A stretch of 19,760 bases of DNA from a virus (lineage: Duplodnaviria > Heunggongvirae > Uroviricota > Caudoviricetes): the IMG/VR virus record IMGVR_UViG_2740892274_000002; one strand, 5' to 3'. A program made the translations under genes and the position numbers. The stretch's first letter is position 1, and each line of letters opens with the position of its first letter. Below are positions 1 to 9,656 of the stretch, in pieces. The notes under the pieces were generated by a model that ran no database searches, was not told the origin of the DNA, and was given only the letters and a program-made list of their open reading frames with translations.

Positions 1-3000
1 ATACGCTATACCGTTAAAAATAATGGGCGGAATAATAATCTGGCGGTCAAAGTTATGATCATCGCTTATGGTGACTGTAACCGTCCCGTTTGGTGTTTCC
101 GTGTTACCCCACGTACCAGCCTGTTTCGGAAATGATTTGGATACAGCTTTAACGAAGTCACCTCTGACCTGAGTCGCCTCCAGCATGCCCTTAATCGTAC
201 AGTTTTCATTTACCGTGACATTGTTGAGCGTCCCGGCGTTCGCATTCACACTGCCACTGATATCCGCATTTTTAGCGGTCAGCTTTCCGTCCGGAGTCAG
301 GGAAAATGCCGATGGATTTCCACCGCTGGTAATGGTGGGGGCCGTCAGGCGTTTCAGGAACACGTCGTTCATGAATATCTGATCGCCCTGACCAACAAAC
401 ATCGGTTTTGTGTTGCCATTCGCAGGATTAACCATCGCAATCCTGTCCGCCGCCAGCAGCACCTGACTCTGCATGCCGTCAGGGGTGTTCTCAATACCGG
501 CACCAATACCCGCGATATAAAGGCGTCCGTCCTGCATCTGCTGCAGCTTCACAGCCCACATGCTGTTCAGGTTATTATTTGTATCAACCTGAACCTTCTG
601 TATCTGCTGAATTGCCGCACTCTGGTCTTCCAGTTTCTTATTGACGGTCTGCGTGATTTCATTGCTGACATCCGTAATGGACGTCCTGATTTCAGCCAGG
701 TCAGGCGCAAGCTGACCGTTATCAATCTGCGTCCACAGCTCCTGAGCCAGATGGGTTTTCCCTATCTCGCCTTTGAAAAAATCCAGATAACCGGATGCAT
801 CATCACTCGGCTGACCAACAGCCTCCACGAATGCCGATTTGCCAACGGTGTTCACACTGCGGATATAAAAGTAATAATCATGGCCCGGTTTGATATTGAT
901 ACTGGCGGCTATCCAGTACAGCGCCGTGCCAAGATAGCGTGCTGTGGTTTCAACCTGCCTGATATCCGCAATCCGCTTTTCCGAGAACCAGAACTCAAAC
1001 TGTACCGTCGGATCATAAACCGCAAGATGCGGCGTGGCGGTTATCTGAAAATAGCCCGGCGTCAGCTCAATCCGCGACAGCGCTGCCGGTGCGGCAATCC
1101 GGAACGATACCGACGCCGGATCGCCCTGCTGCCCCCACGCATTTACTGCCCGGACTGTCAGCCTGTAGTTCCCCAGCGCCAGTTGTGTGAAGCGGTAAGT
1201 GGTTTCCGTCGTCCGGGCCGTGCTGACCNNNNNNNNNNNNNNNNNNNNNNNNNNNNNNNNNNNNNNNNNNNNNNNNNNNNNNNNNNNNNNNNNNNNNNNN
1301 NNNNNNNNNNNNNNNNNNNNNNNNNNNNNNNNNNNNNNNNNNNNNNNNNNNNNNNNNNNNNNNNNNNNNNNNNNNNNNNNNNNNNNNNNNNNNNNNNNNN
1401 NNNNNNNNNNNNNNNNNNNNNNNNNNNNNNNNNNNNNNNNNNNNNNNNNNNNNNNNNNNNNNNNNNNNNNNNNNNNNNNNNNNNNNNNNNNACCGTCAGG
1501 AACACGGCTCACTTTTACCTTCACGCCGTCGGTGACGGACTGGACCTCCACGCTGACCGGATTCCCCTGCCCGTCAACCAGGCTTATCAGCGTGGTGCCG
1601 GAGGATGGCAGCGTGATTTCACGGTCGAGCGTCAGCGTCCGGGTCTGGCTGTTCACCGCCAGCACGCGCCCGCCGGTGCGGATACCGGCATAGTCATCAT
1701 CGCAGATTTCAATGACATCGCCCGGTACATGACGAAGCCCTTCAGCACCCACGCTGAAATCCACGGTCTGCGTCTCCAGCAGTTCCGTTTTAATCAGCCA
1801 CAGCCCGGCGCGGTGTGCCTGCCCCCGGCTGGTACAGCCAAAGGCATCCATCTTCGTGACGTTACGACCGTAACGGACAATGGCCTGCGTATCCTCCACA
1901 AGCTCTGTCGCCGTCTCCCAGCCGTTATCCGGGTCAATCCAGTTCACCTCAACGGCATTATGGCGGTCTTTCAGGGCGCTGAAACTGTAGCGGAACGGCG
2001 CGCCATCATCCGGCATCACCACATTACTGCGGTTATAGGCCCACACCTTATCCGACTGTCGGTCCTGCACGAACGTCAGCGTCTGCCCGTTCCATACCGG
2101 CATACAGCGCATCGCCGAGCAGAAATCACTGAGCACATCCCACGCCTTGCGCTGTGTGGTCAGCCAGGCATTACAGGTGATGCGCGGCTCCGTGCTGCCA
2201 AAGCCGTCCGGCACCGACTGGTCACAGTACTGGCCGATGACATACAGCGCCCATTTATCCACATCTGCCGCACCAAGACGTTTCCCCATGCCATAGCGCG
2301 GATGGGTCAGCATATCCCACAGACACCAGGCCATGTTGTTGCTGTATGCCGGTTTTAACGTTCCGTCCCAGATACCGCTGTATTGCCGCGTCTGCGGATT
2401 ATAGTTCGACGGCACCTGCAGAATGCGCCCGCGAAGATGATAATTACGGCTCACCTGCTGGCTGCCGAACTGCTCCGAATCCACCTGTACGCCGACCAGT
2501 GCCGTGTTCGGGTAGCACTGTTTCACATCGATGATTTCGGTGTATGACGACCAGAGCGTTTTGTTCTGCAGCTGGTCTGTGGTGCTGTCCGGCGTCATTC
2601 NNNNNNNNNNNNNNNNNNNNNNNNNNNNNNNNNNNNNNNNNNNNNNNNNNNNNNNNNNNNNNNNNNNNNNNNNNNNNNNNNNNNNNNNNNNNNNNNNNNN
2701 NNNNNNNNNNNNNNNNNNNNNNNNNNNNNNNNNNNNNNNNNNNNNNNNNNNNNNNNNNNNNNNNNNNNNNNNNNNNNNNNNNNNNNNNNNNNNNNNNNNN
2801 NNNNNNNNNNNNNTTTCACTTCCGTACCCAGCACCGTCTCGGAGCCGGAGGATTCAAATCCCTCCGGCGGTGACTGCTCCTGCTCACCTGCCCGGAACAC
2901 CACCGTGACGCCGGAGATGTTGGTATTCCCCTCACTGTCCAGCACCGGCGTACTGTTCAGCAGCACGCTTTTTAATCCATCCACCGGACCTTCAACCGGC

Positions 3001-3098
3001 CCTTCGCTGATGGCATCGATCACACTCAGCAGCTGCGTGGACTTCAGGTTGTCCTTCGCTTCGCGCGGGGTATGCCCCTTACTGCTGCCTTTACCCAT
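1..3098 (-). CDS. J: Tail tip host-specificity protein J (central tail fibre), 5' partial: C-terminal end lies beyond window start; interrupted by two N-runs
   Basis: ATG at 3096-3098 with GGAG 5 nt upstream. N-terminus [24 protein letters not shown] matches lambda gpJ from memory. My own translation finds J-frame peptides on both sides of the N-runs: [26 protein letters not shown] (2521-2598), [23 protein letters not shown] (1492-1560), [29 protein letters not shown] (1141-1227), [27 protein letters not shown] (310-393). The frame continues to position 1. Confidence 0.9.
1229..1491. other. Run of 263 N (assembly gap or masked sequence) inside J
   Basis: Literal n characters. J frame is the same on both sides in window coordinates. 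Confidence 0.99.
2601..2813. other. Run of 213 N (assembly gap or masked sequence) inside J
   Basis: Literal n characters. J frame above the run (codon ends at 2816, 3098) and below it (codon ends at 2598) differ by one position. Confidence 0.99.
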
Positions 3099-3158
3099 TC
3101 GTCATGCTCCATAAACGATAAAACCGCCCGGAGGCGATTTCACATAAAACATTTTGCA

Positions 3159-3830
3159 TCAGCGACCAATCACCACAACCTGACCACCGTCCCCTTCGTC
3201 TGCCGTGCTGATCTCCTGAGATACCACACGTGACCCCACGCGCATTTCACCATACAGAACAGGCATAACATTGCCCTGGGCAACCATGTTATCCAGTGAG
3301 GAGAAATAGGTGTTCTGCTTACCGTTATCCGTTGTCTGTGTGCGGGGAGTTCTGGCTTTCGGTGCCAGCATCTGAGCCACACCGCCGAGCACCATACTGG
3401 CACCGAGAGAAAACAGAATGCCGGTCATACCACCGGCACCAATGGCAGCCCCCCATGCTGCAAGGGTGGCTCCGGCGGTAAAGAATGATCCGGCAATGGC
3501 GGCTGCTCCCAGGACAATCTGGAATACACCACCTGACTTGGCCCCGGCGACTCTGGGAACAATATGAATCACAGCGCCGTCAGGCAGAGCCTCATGTAAC
3601 TGTGCCGTTAATCCGGACGTGCTAACATCCTGCCCGGCAATACGCACCTGATACCAGCCGTCGCTCAGCTTCTGACGAAACGCAGGGAGCTGTGTGGCCA
3701 TCGCCCGGATGGCTTCGGCACCCGTTTTCACACGAAGGTCGATGCGGCGGCCAAATCGTTGCAAATCCCCGTAAAGGCAGATGCGTGCCATGCCCGGTGA
3801 CGCCAGAGGGAGTGTGTGCGTCGCTGCCAT
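3159..3830 (-). CDS. I: Tail tip assembly protein I
   Basis: 223-aa ORF MAATHTLPLASPGMARICLYGDLQRFGRRIDLRVKTG matches lambda gpI from memory. C-terminal Gly/Ala-rich hydrophobic segment. Overlaps the 3' end of K by 103 nt. Confidence 0.93.
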   Translation of the reverse strand: MAATHTLPLASPGMARICLYGDLQRFGRRIDLRVKTGAEAIRAMATQLPAFRQKLSDGWYQVRIAGQDVSTSGLTAQLHEALPDGAVIHIVPRVAGAKSGGVFQIVLGAAAIAGSFFTAGATLAAWGAAIGAGGMTGILFSLGASMVLGGVAQMLAPKARTPRTQTTDNGKQNTYFSSLDNMVAQGNVMPVLYGEMRVGSRVVSQEISTADEGDGGQVVVIGR

Positions 3831-4471
3831 TTGTCGGTGTACCTCTCTCGTTTACTCAGTTGTTCAGGAATATGGTGCAGCAGCTCGCCGTCACCACAGT
3901 AAATGGCGGCATGATTCGGCACCGATGAACCAAAACAGCACAGCAGCACATCGCCCGGCTGCGCCGCTGACAACGGCACCTGATACAGCCCTGTGGCCTC
4001 CAGATTATCCAGATAGAGATTCTGACCGTGACGCCACCAGTCATCCTCACGATGAAAATCCGGCATCTCAATCCCCGCCAGATGGTAAGCATCCCGGAAC
4101 AGCGTGTAACAGTCCGTCACCCCGTGCTCAAAGCGCCGCCCGGTAAGATGTGGCACACAGCGGAACTTGTGAATCGCCCCCCGGCAGACCAGCCACCACG
4201 GCAAATCACTCTGCACCTGCAGCCGCCGGTCGGCCTCACTCAGCCAGGGCAGACCACCGGGGTGGCTGTGGACCAGTGCCACAATCTCACCCTGCATCTC
4301 TGCCTGCAGCCAGTCTTCCGGCGACATACGGAAATACGCCTCCGGCTCACCGGAGATATTCACGCAGGGGAAATATCTTTCCCCCTCCGGCGTTCTTACC
4401 ACGAAGCCGCACGACTCCGCTGGAGCACATCGCCGGGCGTGCGCCAGAATCGCTGATTCTGTCTCTGTCAT
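3728..4471 (-). CDS. K: Tail tip assembly protein K (MPN/JAMM-like plus NlpC/P60-like domains); long form from the first ATG
   Basis: 247-aa ORF MTETESAILAHARRC starting 5 nt after the L stop. Contains HSHPGGLPWLSEAD (HxHx7Sx2D JAMM signature) with a candidate upstream Glu at residue 20 (spacing 48), and a C-terminal Cys/His-containing NlpC/P60-like region. An internal ATG at 4325-4327 with an upstream GGAGG corresponds to the start of the 199-aa form I recall for lambda. Confidence 0.85.
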   Translation of the reverse strand: MTETESAILAHARRCAPAESCGFVVRTPEGERYFPCVNISGEPEAYFRMSPEDWLQAEMQGEIVALVHSHPGGLPWLSEADRRLQVQSDLPWWLVCRGAIHKFRCVPHLTGRRFEHGVTDCYTLFRDAYHLAGIEMPDFHREDDWWRHGQNLYLDNLEATGLYQVPLSAAQPGDVLLCCFGSSVPNHAAIYCGDGELLHHIPEQLSKRERYTDKWQRRTHSLWRHRAWHASAFTGICNDLAAASTFV

Positions 4472-4476
4472 GGGAT

Positions 4477-5175
4477 TTACTGCGAAAGTTTGTTAATGGA
4501 AAGGAAGCCGCCAAAGTTGCCGACGTTATTGCGAAACTTACAGCCACTCAGGCATTTGCTGCATTTATCCTTCGTGATGTCGGACGTTGGCTGGTCATAT
4601 TCATCCGCGACCGCCGGACCGTGATAACCGCACTCATCGCCGCGATAGGTCCAGGTGCAGGTGTTGGCCAGCATGATACGTCCCGGAAAAACAGCGCCAT
4701 CTGTTTCCGTCGGCGTGGACAGTACAAAAGAGGCACTCACCGCGCTCAGTTCGCTGCACTGCTCAATGCGCCAGCGGCTGATCACCTCCTGCTCCGGATC
4801 GGCGTCACTGTTTCCGTTGACGAAGTTCACCGCATCCAGAAAACGGGCGTAAACCTTACGCCGGACCACCGTTCCGCCGACCAGACTCTGTAGATCTTCC
4901 GCCATCCCGGTGACCATACCGTACAGGTTAGAAACCATCAGCGTGGGGCGCGTACTGGTGCCTTTGCCATTCAGTTCAAAACCACTCCCCTGAATGGGAT
5001 ACGGCTGATACTGTCGCCCCTGCCAGGTGACCGGCTCACCTTTTTCGTTCTGCTCATTACAGAAAAAATAACGTTCTCCACCGACCTCTGTCAGATCGAT
5101 TTCCCAGAGCACCACGCTGGCCGACTGCTCCGCACGGGTGCATTCATTCAGTGTTTCCTGCCGGATATCCTGCAT
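4477..5175 (-). CDS. L: Tail tip protein L
   Basis: 232-aa ORF MQDIRQETLNECTRAEQSASVVLWEIDLTEVGGERYFFCNEQNEKGEPVTWQGRQY matches lambda gpL. Start overlaps the M stop (ATGA). Confidence 0.95.
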   Translation of the reverse strand: MQDIRQETLNECTRAEQSASVVLWEIDLTEVGGERYFFCNEQNEKGEPVTWQGRQYQPYPIQGSGFELNGKGTSTRPTLMVSNLYGMVTGMAEDLQSLVGGTVVRRKVYARFLDAVNFVNGNSDADPEQEVISRWRIEQCSELSAVSASFVLSTPTETDGAVFPGRIMLANTCTWTYRGDECGYHGPAVADEYDQPTSDITKDKCSKCLSGCKFRNNVGNFGGFLSINKLSQ

Positions 5176-5504
5176 CAGTTCACCACCTGTTCAAACTCTG
5201 CGCTGAACTCAACACGCAGCATACTGACCCGCGACGACCATTTTGCGCAGGTCACCTTTATCTGCCGCCACTCATAAGGCGGCGTCCACAGAAAGGCTTT
5301 CCAGCCCCCGTGCTCTTCCAGAAACGACTCCAGTACCATGGCCTCCTCACGGGGGACAGAAAGCGTCACGCTGTACGTTTTCAGGTTGGCATTCAGCCCG
5401 GCAGGCGCTCGCTGGGAATAGCCATCACCAAAGCGCACCTTTCTTACAGAAGGGGCCGAAGCCACATCCATACCGGGTTTCACTTTCCAGCGGAAGGTTT
5501 TCAT
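5175..5504 (-). CDS. M: Tail tip protein M
   Basis: 109-aa ORF MKTFRWKVKPGMDVASAPSVRKVRFGDGYSQRAPAGLN matches lambda gpM. Start overlaps the H stop. Confidence 0.95.
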   Translation of the reverse strand: MKTFRWKVKPGMDVASAPSVRKVRFGDGYSQRAPAGLNANLKTYSVTLSVPREEAMVLESFLEEHGGWKAFLWTPPYEWRQIKVTCAKWSSRVSMLRVEFSAEFEQVVN

Positions 5505-8062
5505 CGTCCACCTCCGGAGAACAGGCCACCATCACGCATCTGTGTCTGAATTTCATCACGGGCACCCTTGCGGGCCATGTCATACACGGCCTTCATCATC
5601 TGTGGACCTGGCAGACCATTCGTACCGTCGTTCTGAATCACCACGTGATTGTTCTGATTAAAATTAATGCCTTCAGCCCGCCGCATCTGCGCCGGACTTC
5701 CGGCACCGCCCACATAACCACCTTCCGCATAGCCGCGCATCAGCCGGTAGAGATTCCCCACGCCAATCCGGCTGGTTGCCTCCTTCGTGAAGACAAATTC
5801 ACCACGGTGAACAATCCCCGCTGGCTCATATTTGCCGCCGGTTCCCGTAAATCCCCCGGTTGCAAAATGGAATTTCACCGCAGCGGCCTGAATGGCTGTA
5901 CCACCTGACGCGGATGCGCCGCCACCAACAGCCCCGCCAATGGCGCTGCCGATACTCCCGACAATCCCCACCATTGCCTGCTTAAGCAGAATTTCTGTCA
6001 TCATGGACAGCACGGAGCGGGTGAAGCTGCGCCAGTTCTGTTCACTGCCGGTCAGCATCGCCGCCATATTCTGTGCAATACCATCAAAGGTCTGCGTGGC
6101 TGCACTTTTAACCTGTGACATACTGTCCGTGGCGCTCTCTTCCCACTCACTCCAGCCGGACTTCAGGCCTGCCATCCAGCTCCCGCGAAGCTGGTCTTCA
6201 GCCGCCCAGGTCTTTTTCTGCTCTGACATGACGTTATTCAGCGCCAGAGGATTATCGCCATACTGTTCCTTCAGGCGCTGTTCCGTGGCTTCCCGCGCTG
6301 CCTGCCGGTCAGTCAGCCCCCGGTTTTTCGCATCAATGGCTGCCCGTTTTGCCCGTTGCTGCTGTGCGAATTTATCCGCCTGCTGCGCCAGCGCATTCAG
6401 GTGCTCCTGATACGTAACCTTGTCACCAAGTGCAGCCAGCTGGCGTTTGTACTCCAGCGTCTCGTCTTTATGCGCCAGCAGGGATTTCTCCTGTGCGGAC
6501 AGCTGGCGACGTTGTGCCGCCTCCTCCAGTACCGCGAACTGACTTTCTGCCTTCCACAAATCCCGGCGCTGCTGGCTGATTTTCTCATTCGCTCCGGCAT
6601 GCTTCTCCAGCGTCCGGAGTTCTGCCTGAAGCGTCAGCAGGGCCGCATGAGCACTGTCTTCCTGACGATCGCCCGCATACACCTTCACGCCGGACTGTTT
6701 CGGCTTTTTCAGCGTCGCTTCATAATCCTTTTTCGCCGCCGCCATCAGCGTGTTGTAATCTGCCTGCAGGATTTTTCCGTCTTTCAGTGCCTTGTTCAGT
6801 TCTTCCTGACGGGCGGTATATTTCTCCAGCGGCGTCTGCAGCCGTTCGTAAGCCTTCTGCGCCTCTTCGGTATATTTCAGCCGTGACGCTTCGGTATCGC
6901 TCTGCTGCTGCGCATTTTTGTCCTGTTGACGCTGTTGATCTACCCTCTTTTGGGCTGCATCCCGCTCCAGGCGTTTTTTTTCACGATCATCCCAGTAACG
7001 CGCCCGTGCTTCATCGTTAACGAAATAATCATCCTTGCGCAGATTCCAGATGTCGTCTGCTTTCTTAAACGCAGCCTCTGCCTTAATCAGCATCTCCTGC
7101 GCGGTATCAGGACGACCAATATCCAGCACCGCATCCCACATGGATTTGAATGCACGTGCAGTCCTGTCTGCCCAGGTCTCCAGCGTGCCCATGTTCTCTT
7201 TCAGGCGGCGGGTCTGGTCATCAAACCCTTTCGTTGCGGCCTCGTTCGCCGCCTGCAATGCCCCGGCTTCATCGCCGGAACGCTGCAACTGAGCAACATA
7301 CGCAATCTGCTCCGCCGTCACGTTATGGAACTGGCGTGCCATCGCCGTCAGCCCCGACGTCGGGTCTGTGGTCAGCTTCCCGAAGGCTTCAGCGACCTTG
7401 TCCACCTCCACGCCGGATGCATAGGAGAAACGCGCCACACTCTGGCTGATGGACGCAATCTGAGCCTCACCGCTTACCCCCGCCTTAACCAGTGCGCTGA
7501 GTGACTCGCTGGTCTGGTTAAACGTCAGCCCTGCCGCCTGCCCGGCTCTGGACAGGACCAGCATACGATCTGCCGTCAGTCCCGCCTGATTACCGGAAAG
7601 GACCAGCGTTTTGTTGAAATCGGACAGGGTTGAGTTGCCCTGATACCAGGCATACGCCAGCGCACCGGTCGCCACCGCCAGCGAGGTGGCCCCCACCATC
7701 GGCAGGGTGATCGCGCCGGCAAGCCCCCTGAACATGGGGATCATCCCGCCGAAGGAGTCCTTAACCTGACCACCCTGTTGCAGCAGGATCAGCCAGGGAT
7801 TCTGCCCCCCTGCAAGCTGCGTGGCCACGTCGGTGAACTGTGCAGGCAGCATACGCATGGCGGCTTTATACTGCCCGACGGAAATCCCCGCTTTCTGTGC
7901 AGCCAGCGCCTGTCGGCTCAGCGACTGTTCAACGACTGCCGCTGTTTTTTTCGCATCACTTTCCGTACCGGAAAAATGACGCCTGACTCTGGCCATCTGC
8001 TCGTCAAATCTGGCCGCATCCAGACTCAAATCAACGACCAGATCGCCTACCGGTTCAGCCAT
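5501..8062 (-). CDS. H: Tail tape measure protein H
   Basis: 853-aa ORF MAEPVGDLVVDLSLDAARFDEQMARVRRHF, Ala/Gln/Lys/Glu-rich coiled-coil composition, same length as lambda gpH; sits between T and M. Confidence 0.95.
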   Translation of the reverse strand: MAEPVGDLVVDLSLDAARFDEQMARVRRHFSGTESDAKKTAAVVEQSLSRQALAAQKAGISVGQYKAAMRMLPAQFTDVATQLAGGQNPWLILLQQGGQVKDSFGGMIPMFRGLAGAITLPMVGATSLAVATGALAYAWYQGNSTLSDFNKTLVLSGNQAGLTADRMLVLSRAGQAAGLTFNQTSESLSALVKAGVSGEAQIASISQSVARFSYASGVEVDKVAEAFGKLTTDPTSGLTAMARQFHNVTAEQIAYVAQLQRSGDEAGALQAANEAATKGFDDQTRRLKENMGTLETWADRTARAFKSMWDAVLDIGRPDTAQEMLIKAEAAFKKADDIWNLRKDDYFVNDEARARYWDDREKKRLERDAAQKRVDQQRQQDKNAQQQSDTEASRLKYTEEAQKAYERLQTPLEKYTARQEELNKALKDGKILQADYNTLMAAAKKDYEATLKKPKQSGVKVYAGDRQEDSAHAALLTLQAELRTLEKHAGANEKISQQRRDLWKAESQFAVLEEAAQRRQLSAQEKSLLAHKDETLEYKRQLAALGDKVTYQEHLNALAQQADKFAQQQRAKRAAIDAKNRGLTDRQAAREATEQRLKEQYGDNPLALNNVMSEQKKTWAAEDQLRGSWMAGLKSGWSEWEESATDSMSQVKSAATQTFDGIAQNMAAMLTGSEQNWRSFTRSVLSMMTEILLKQAMVGIVGSIGSAIGGAVGGGASASGGTAIQAAAVKFHFATGGFTGTGGKYEPAGIVHRGEFVFTKEATSRIGVGNLYRLMRGYAEGGYVGGAGSPAQMRRAEGINFNQNNHVVIQNDGTNGLPGPQMMKAVYDMARKGARDEIQTQMRDGGLFSGGGR

Positions 8063-8489
8063 ACCGGACTCCTCCTGCGATCCCTTCTGATACTGTCATC
8101 AGCATTACGTCATCCTCCGTCATGTCCGCCACATCCGGGGAAGCGGGGATAACTTCATTCCCGTCCGGGCCAAAGCGGACACCTCCGGCAAGCCCTGCCG
8201 CTTTCTGCATCAGCACATCATCTTCAGGCTCTTCGTCAGCCTCGCGCCGGTTCAGCAGACTGAAATCCAGCGGATGCATCTCCGGATCGCTGAAAAACAG
8301 GCTGAGCACGGTGTACGTCAGCCCGGAAAAGTGCATATCCAGCAGAACATCATGAAAATAATGGGTACTGTAAAAGCGGTGCCAGTCGGCATACTCCGTG
8401 GATGACATCCCGGCAAGCATGGCGCGCCAGTCGGGTCGCCCCATCTCACGCGCCAGTTTCAGGGCAAAACTCAGCTCACCGTCGAACAC
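8055..8489 (-). CDS. T: T-frame portion of the G-T tail assembly chaperone, expressed by -1 frameshift from G
   Basis: ORF in the -1 frame relative to G, beginning at the slippery heptamer and ending 8 nt inside H. Translation FDGELSFALKLAREMGRPDWRAMLAGMSSTEYADWHRFY matches lambda gpT. The GTG at 8487-8489 is not assumed to be an independent start. Confidence 0.85.
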   Translation of the reverse strand: MFDGELSFALKLAREMGRPDWRAMLAGMSSTEYADWHRFYSTHYFHDVLLDMHFSGLTYTVLSLFFSDPEMHPLDFSLLNRREADEEPEDDVLMQKAAGLAGGVRFGPDGNEVIPASPDVADMTEDDVMLMTVSEGIAGGVRYG

Positions 8490-8893
8490 TTTCCCGCAGA
8501 AACAGGCTCTGCAGGCCCGGCGTCCTCTGCCTGTTCAGGAGCATCATTCACCACAAACTCATACATACCGGACAGCCGGTACACCACGTTTTCAGCATGA
8601 GAAATTGCCTCTGTGGGCCAGGTGGTAAGCACTTCCTGCTCAATCTGTTTAACGGCTTCATTCATGGACGGCATCTGCGTCTTCTTCGGATGGTTATGCC
8701 ACAGGGACATCGCAACCACAAAAGCGCCGGTTCTGATGGCGTCTTCCACAGTAAACTTCCGGTTGCTGTCTGACTCCGCCTGTTCTGCCTGCCGTTTCAT
8801 CAGGTCGAGATGCTCAATACGCTGCAGGGCTGACAGTTCAGAAAGCGTGACGGTCACACCGTTATGTTCAAATGATTCGGTTTTCAGGAACAT
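8471..8893 (-). CDS. G: Tail assembly chaperone G
   Basis: 140-aa ORF MFLKTESFEHNGVTVTLSELSALQRIEHLDLMKRQAEQ matches lambda gpG; immediately downstream of V. Confidence 0.95.
   Translation of the reverse strand: MFLKTESFEHNGVTVTLSELSALQRIEHLDLMKRQAEQAESDSNRKFTVEDAIRTGAFVVAMSLWHNHPKKTQMPSMNEAVKQIEQEVLTTWPTEAISHAENVVYRLSGMYEFVVNDAPEQAEDAGPAEPVSAGKCSTVS
8489..8495 (-). other. Programmed -1 ribosomal frameshift slippery heptamer GGGAAAG (G to G-T)
   Basis: Plus strand reads ctttccc at 8489-8495, which is GGGAAAG on the coding strand. It lies in the last codons of G (AGKCSTVS*) and the T frame opens exactly here. Confidence 0.85.
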
Positions 8894-8908
8894 CGCTGAC
8901 TCTCCGGA

Positions 8909-9649
8909 TTAACTGGCGGTGACGTTGATTTCTGCAACCGCAGCAAACTCACCATTACCAGATACGACCGGAATGTTGACCTTGCCTGCAGCAACACCTT
9001 TCACGGTGATGGTCATACCACTGACCGACACGGTGGCTTTTGTTTTATCCGCAGACACCGCACGGAAGCTCTTGTCGGTTGCGCCATCCGGCTGGAATGC
9101 CACGGTCAGCGTGGTGCTCTGCCCTTTCACTACGGAAGCACTGGCGGGTGTCACCGTCATGCCGGTCGTCGCCGTCACCGTGCTGCGATCTTCTGCCATC
9201 GACGGACGTCCCACATTGGTGACCTTCACCGTGCGGGTAATCACCTCCTTCGCCGTCACCGCCTTACCGATACTGCTGACCCAGCCACGGAACACATCGA
9301 CCGTGCCGTTCGGGAAGCGGATTTTATAGGCACGGGTATCACCTTCATTAAACCACGCCAGCAGCGCCTGCTGCCCCTGCTCTCCGGGCATCCACGCCAG
9401 CGTGAAGCTGGTATCTCCGGCAGATTTCTGCCCCTGCCCGGTCGCAGTCCAGTCTGCATCTTCATCATCGAGATAGCTGTCGTCATAGGACTCAGCGGTC
9501 AGTTCGCCGGGCGTCAGGTCTTTAACTTTTGCCAGACGCGACCAGTCAACGTCTGAAAGCGGGTTCGCATAAGGGTCACCGCTCCCCTTATAAACCCACA
9601 GGGTGGTCCCGGCACCTTTCACCGGCATTGTAGGATTTGGTACAGGCAT
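8909..9649 (-). CDS. V: Major tail tube protein V (with C-terminal Ig-like domain)
   Basis: Start taken at the ATG giving [22 protein letters not shown] (246 aa), matching lambda gpV; the ORF track's longer form begins 10 codons upstream. C-terminal region [25 protein letters not shown] looks like an Ig-like (Big_2-type) domain. Confidence 0.93.
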   Translation of the reverse strand: MPVPNPTMPVKGAGTTLWVYKGSGDPYANPLSDVDWSRLAKVKDLTPGELTAESYDDSYLDDEDADWTATGQGQKSAGDTSFTLAWMPGEQGQQALLAWFNEGDTRAYKIRFPNGTVDVFRGWVSSIGKAVTAKEVITRTVKVTNVGRPSMAEDRSTVTATTGMTVTPASASVVKGQSTTLTVAFQPDGATDKSFRAVSADKTKATVSVSGMTITVKGVAAGKVNIPVVSGNGEFAAVAEINVTAS

Positions 9650-9656
9650 AGCGTCC

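Noticed and set aside
1158-1505. 115-aa minus-strand ORF, mostly X
   Set aside because: Out of frame with J and composed almost entirely of translated N.
751-2358. 535-aa plus-strand ORF
   Set aside because: Antisense to J, which is confidently identified on the minus strand. Its length is inflated because the 263-nt N-run translates as X and bridges possible stops. No recognisable protein features.
3099-3158. Short hairpin (CGCC...GGCG) plus T-run between I and J
   Set aside because: Very short stem, and J has a good Shine-Dalgarno immediately downstream; not enough for a terminator call.
5892-7504. Several 170-190-aa plus-strand ORFs (5892-6410, 6356-6886, 6926-7504, 7150-7449)
   Set aside because: All antisense to the tape measure gene H, whose Ala/Gln/Glu/Lys-rich codon usage leaves the opposite strand open by chance. 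Arg/Cys/Ser-rich junk composition.
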